Assembly: GCF_001194135.2 (NCBI RefSeq)
Contig: NC_068983.1
Coordinates: 37,689,136 to 37,726,653, forward strand
Length of the DNA stretch: 37,518 bases
Direction of reading: 5' to 3'
Source of the DNA: Octopus bimaculoides
Taxonomy: Eukaryota
Position numbers and translations under genes: made by a program. Position 1 is the stretch's first letter; each line of letters opens with the position of its first letter. This document shows positions 33,758 to 37,518 of the stretch, in pieces. The notes under the pieces were generated by a model. The model was not told the origin of the DNA. It made no database searches and saw only the letters and a program-made list of their open reading frames with translations.

Positions 33758-34714
33758 NTTTTAATGCATTTTGAGAAGGTCGTCTGCTTACCTGATATAA
33801 TTTTTGTAAGGTAGTGAACATTTGTAAAAAATATTTATTTCTCATGCAGTAAATATTACTCATTGTGTCCCAGTTACCAATAATGAAACTAGAACCATGC
33901 ACACCCTCTCAATTATTTATCTGGTGGTATTCAACTCTAAAAGATTTTGAAACATTCACAAAACACTCGCGGGGTTACTGTGGGTGATTTGGAAGCGAGG
34001 CATTAAAACAACCAAGCACTTTCCTAAATATCATAGTGTGAAATAGGACATTCACGAAGTCAAAGAATTTCTCGTTACCGGTTCAGCAGTATCTCTCAAA
34101 TGCCACAGGCTGAGAAATATAATTTACCGAAAGATTACAGTATTGCAGTTTCTGCTGTGCTGTCTATTACATTATTACATTTTGGCACATCTACACAAGT
34201 GTGCTCCCCATCACCGACTTGGTTTTCTCATAACTTCCAGTAAAATGGCTATTTTTCTAATGAAATTTTCTATTAATACGCTTCAGTTAGTGTAGATTCC
34301 GATGTTATCAGAATTATTTTTTGTGAAAAACGTTTTCCGGGGCTGAGGAGATGAGTTTCGGAAAAGTCACCCGAGGCGGCTTTGTTTCCTCATAACTTTC
34401 AGAAAAATGGGCATTTGTTAATGAAATTTTCGACAAATACCTTTCAGAGTGTGTAAATCAGAATTTAACCTGTTTACCAGGTCTACTCACAAGGCTTTGG
34501 TCGGCCCGAGACGATAGTAGAAGTCACTTGCCTAAAGTCGCACGCAGTGGGACTGAACTTCGAACCATGTAATTAGGAAGAAACTTCTTAATTTTATGAT
34601 ATTGGCTATGGAAACCGTACACAGAGGGGACAGCACAAGGTGGGGACAAAAAAACAAAACGAATTGAATATAATGAGAAAGGAAATGAAGCCGTTCGGTC
34701 CTACACACATATAT

Positions 34715-34882
34715 ACACGACGGGCTTCTTTCAGTTTCCGTCTACCAAATCCATTCACAAGGCTTTGGTCGGCTTGAGGCTATAGTAGAAGGCACATGCC
34801 CAAGGTGTCACGCCGTGGGACTGAACCCGGAACCAAGTGGCTGGGAAGCAAGCTTCTTACCCCACAGCCACACCTGCGCCTA
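34715..34882 (-). mobile_element. Family C SINE, upstream intergenic, CpGs retained
   Basis: ACGACGGGCTTCTTTCAGTTTCCGTCTACC...GGGACTGAACCCGGAACC...CAGCCACACCTGCGCCT. Confidence 0.85.
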
Positions 34883-36464
34883 ATTGAAAAAAAGAAGGAA
34901 AATAGTAGGTTCGTACATACAAAAAATGGCACACATCACATTTGTGTAGGTATGCCTACATTTCTTTATTTTTCCCTCCTTCTCCTCACAAACACCAAAT
35001 CTTCTAGTTAAAGCGTTTCATTGAACTTCGGCATATTGACTTTAAGATAGGCGCAAAACTAAAATCGTACAATTTGGCACTCAAGTCCTTGACTGAGACC
35101 TTACTTTCATCGACCTCACTGGGATTCAAAGCAACGTTGACCCAGATTTTAAAGAAAGATAAATAAGGGTATACGATAAAATACAACTATGAAATTCGAC
35201 ACTTCTTATCTCGTTCAACTCAATTTAAGCGAGGAGCACCTCACAGTGGTCACTCAACCTGCTAAAAATAGCAGCTAAATCCCTCAAATCACTCACTTCT
35301 TACTCACTTAGAAGAAGAAAGGAATCCACATTGGATAATAGAATCCGTTTTGAGGAGGATAAAAATAATTTGATTTAAAACAATTGGGGAGATCTTCATA
35401 TTGAAACCACATCGATCTGGTTTGACTATTGGAACTGGATTTTCAGTTGGCAATAGCCACTGCTTCCTACGTTTATTGTTGACATAGGCTATTCATTTCT
35501 CTTCACCTATTACAAGTGAAACCATCCTTTAATTGAAACCACATTGAAAGGTTTCATCGATCAAATCGATCCTTAGTACTCATTTCTTTTTGAAAAACAA
35601 CAACAATAAACAAAACAAAAAATACCGGTATTTTTATCAGCCTCGTTGACTAAACCACTAAGTTCAAGGACGCAAACAAACCAACACTGGTTGTCAAGCA
35701 ATGGTGGAAGGAAAACACAAAATGATATGTATTGAGCGAGGGAAGTCGCTAATGAAAGCGTCAACACTTTAATAATTGGACAGAGTCATTAATCCAGTGG
35801 CTCTGAAATGTCTCCGGTGCAGTGACAGCAATACTCGTGTCCGCGCGTGAACATCTTCGTGTTCAAGGTTTTATTCAGATGCGTAACAAACGAACTCATA
35901 CTGTGAGCACACAATGTTCAATAAAGTTATCTGCGACCGAAGAAAAAGGTTCTGAACATTTTGCCATGTTCCACGATGACAGTGAGAAAAAAAGGAGGAA
36001 TTCAAACTACAAAAATTACTTTCAGACAAGCACTAGGCGTAGAATACCATAGCGAGTTGCTGGCAGGAAAGAATATCGAATAGGTGTGCTTGTCTCTCTC
36101 TCTCTCTCTCTGAAATTGACCTTGTAGTGGCTAAGAGAAGACGAAAATTCAATCGGAATCCCATAAATAATGCAGTTTTTTCAATTGCATAAACTAAAAG
36201 TCGGATGGGGACGGGATAAACTACCTGCATTAACTTGCTATAAAAGCAGGTAGTAATTTTGCCTTGTCCTTATTCTTAGTGCAAGTTTTGAAGAGTGCAG
36301 TTCGATTTTTTCAAAGCTATAGTGGAAGTGACAAAGAAGCAGATTCGGCATATTTTGTTTTATGAGTTTAATAAAAGCAACAACGCAAAGGAAAGTGCGT
36401 GGAAATACAGCAATTTTTGGTACCCCTAATACAAACAAACATACATACATACATACATACATAC

Positions 36465-37490
36465 ACCAAGTGTCGAAGTGCATCCCTTGACCAAGTTTGC
36501 ATACATGAGGCTGATAACATCATAAGACTTGGAAGGCAGCTCCTTGAGCAACACTCTTTGTCTGATAACCTAGAACACATGCTCAAAGAAGTCGCATGAC
36601 TCTACCGCAGCGTATCATCAGATGAACGGATGAGCCTATACGAACAGAAGATTATGCATGGATATGTTAGTAGAAAGCTCCGAGATGATAGTAACATCGA
36701 TCATCAAAGCAGTTCATTATGGACCAGTAGCCGGAATACTACCTCCCACTTTGAAACGTATGCGTTTGCAATCCAGGAACAGGAAATATCAACCAAGTAT
36801 CTGATGCACAAAAGGGATTGAGATGTAGGAAAAATCAATAAAATGTGACAACCGATGCAAACTTTGTGGAGTTCACACTGAAGATATCACCCACATCATA
36901 AGCAGTTGTCCGAAATTGTCATCACTGTATAATCTACCGATGAGACATGATGTTGTAGCTAGGACACCCTATAAGGAAATCCATCGGAAGGATAAAGCCG
37001 AGGACAAAGAAATAAGAACTCGCAATATTGTAGAAGCCATAGTCACTCATAATAAAAAGGAATACTAGTGGAATGTCCCAGTGAATACCTCAATAAAATG
37101 TAAGCACAACAGACCTGATATAATGATTTGAGATAGAGAAGAGAAATTGTGCACAGTTGTGGAAATTAGCTGCCCAGCAGATGGTAACATAAAGTTGAAG
37201 GTCAGTGAAAAAGAGAACACCTATGCTGAACTATTGAGAAATCTGCAGTTACTCTATCCAGATTACAAGTCCAGGTTTATACCTGTAAATATTTGGGCAC
37301 TGGGATGTATAACACACTGCCTAAATACCAATCTTGAGAAATTAGGCTTTTCAAAGCCAGAAAAGAGAAAGCTGATTTGAAGACTACAGATTCAATCCAT
37401 CACTGGAACTGTAAAAGATCTGTAAAACTTTTCAGAAGTTTACCATTTAAGTATATATGAATATGTTTAGATATGCAAGCATATGCATAA
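36465..37490 (+). mobile_element. 5'-truncated, decayed non-LTR retrotransposon with restriction-like endonuclease (R4/Dong-like)
   Basis: KIMHGYV..AIQEQEISTKY block; C-x2-C-x8-H-x4-C knuckle (36856-36909); RHDVV; HNRPDI..VEISCP..KENTY..FIPV..LG endonuclease motifs; stops at 37066, 37129, 37378 and a frameshift near 36835. Confidence 0.88.
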
Positions 37491-37518
37491 GAATACATAC
37501 ATAAAGCAAAACATACAA

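Noticed and set aside
32900-33902. Four long ORFs (278-325 aa) in the track
   Set aside because: Artefacts of translating the N gap.
35004-35186. Second gene upstream of ATAD3 (ORFs at 35004, 35822, 36033)
   Set aside because: No recognisable domain or convincing exon chain; cannot be excluded without RNA data.

Overview
AT-rich, repeat-dense animal genomic DNA. A coleoid cephalopod (Octopus-like) source is my inference from the SINE/RTE/mariner content and long introns; I could not check it. One protein-coding gene is supported: ATAD3 (mitochondrial AAA+ ATPase), minus strand, 15 coding exons from ATG 32505 to TGA 4727. All 14 introns are GT-AG and the exon phases join into a 1908-nt ORF (635 aa) with Walker A GPPGTGKT, Walker B LLLFVDE and a long Ser/Pro tail. 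Introns and flanks hold several tRNA-derived SINE families, 5'-truncated RTE LINE ends, a decayed mariner, piggyBac-like and Helentron-like non-autonomous elements, and, past an 817-nt N gap, a decayed R4/Dong-like retrotransposon. Most other ORFs in the track are repeat noise. The most interesting signals are: (1) intronic fold-back hairpins, three carrying mirror-image hammerhead-like CTGA..GAAAC cores; (2) a relic HDV-like ribozyme motif; (3) a cluster of Lys/Gln codons in exons 4-5 that one A-to-G change would return to the human residue, suggesting restorative A-to-I recoding; (4) a 110-nt element duplicated in introns 6 and 8; (5) three head-to-tail SINE triplets. All were read by eye, and comparisons to human ATAD3A and repeat families are from memory.
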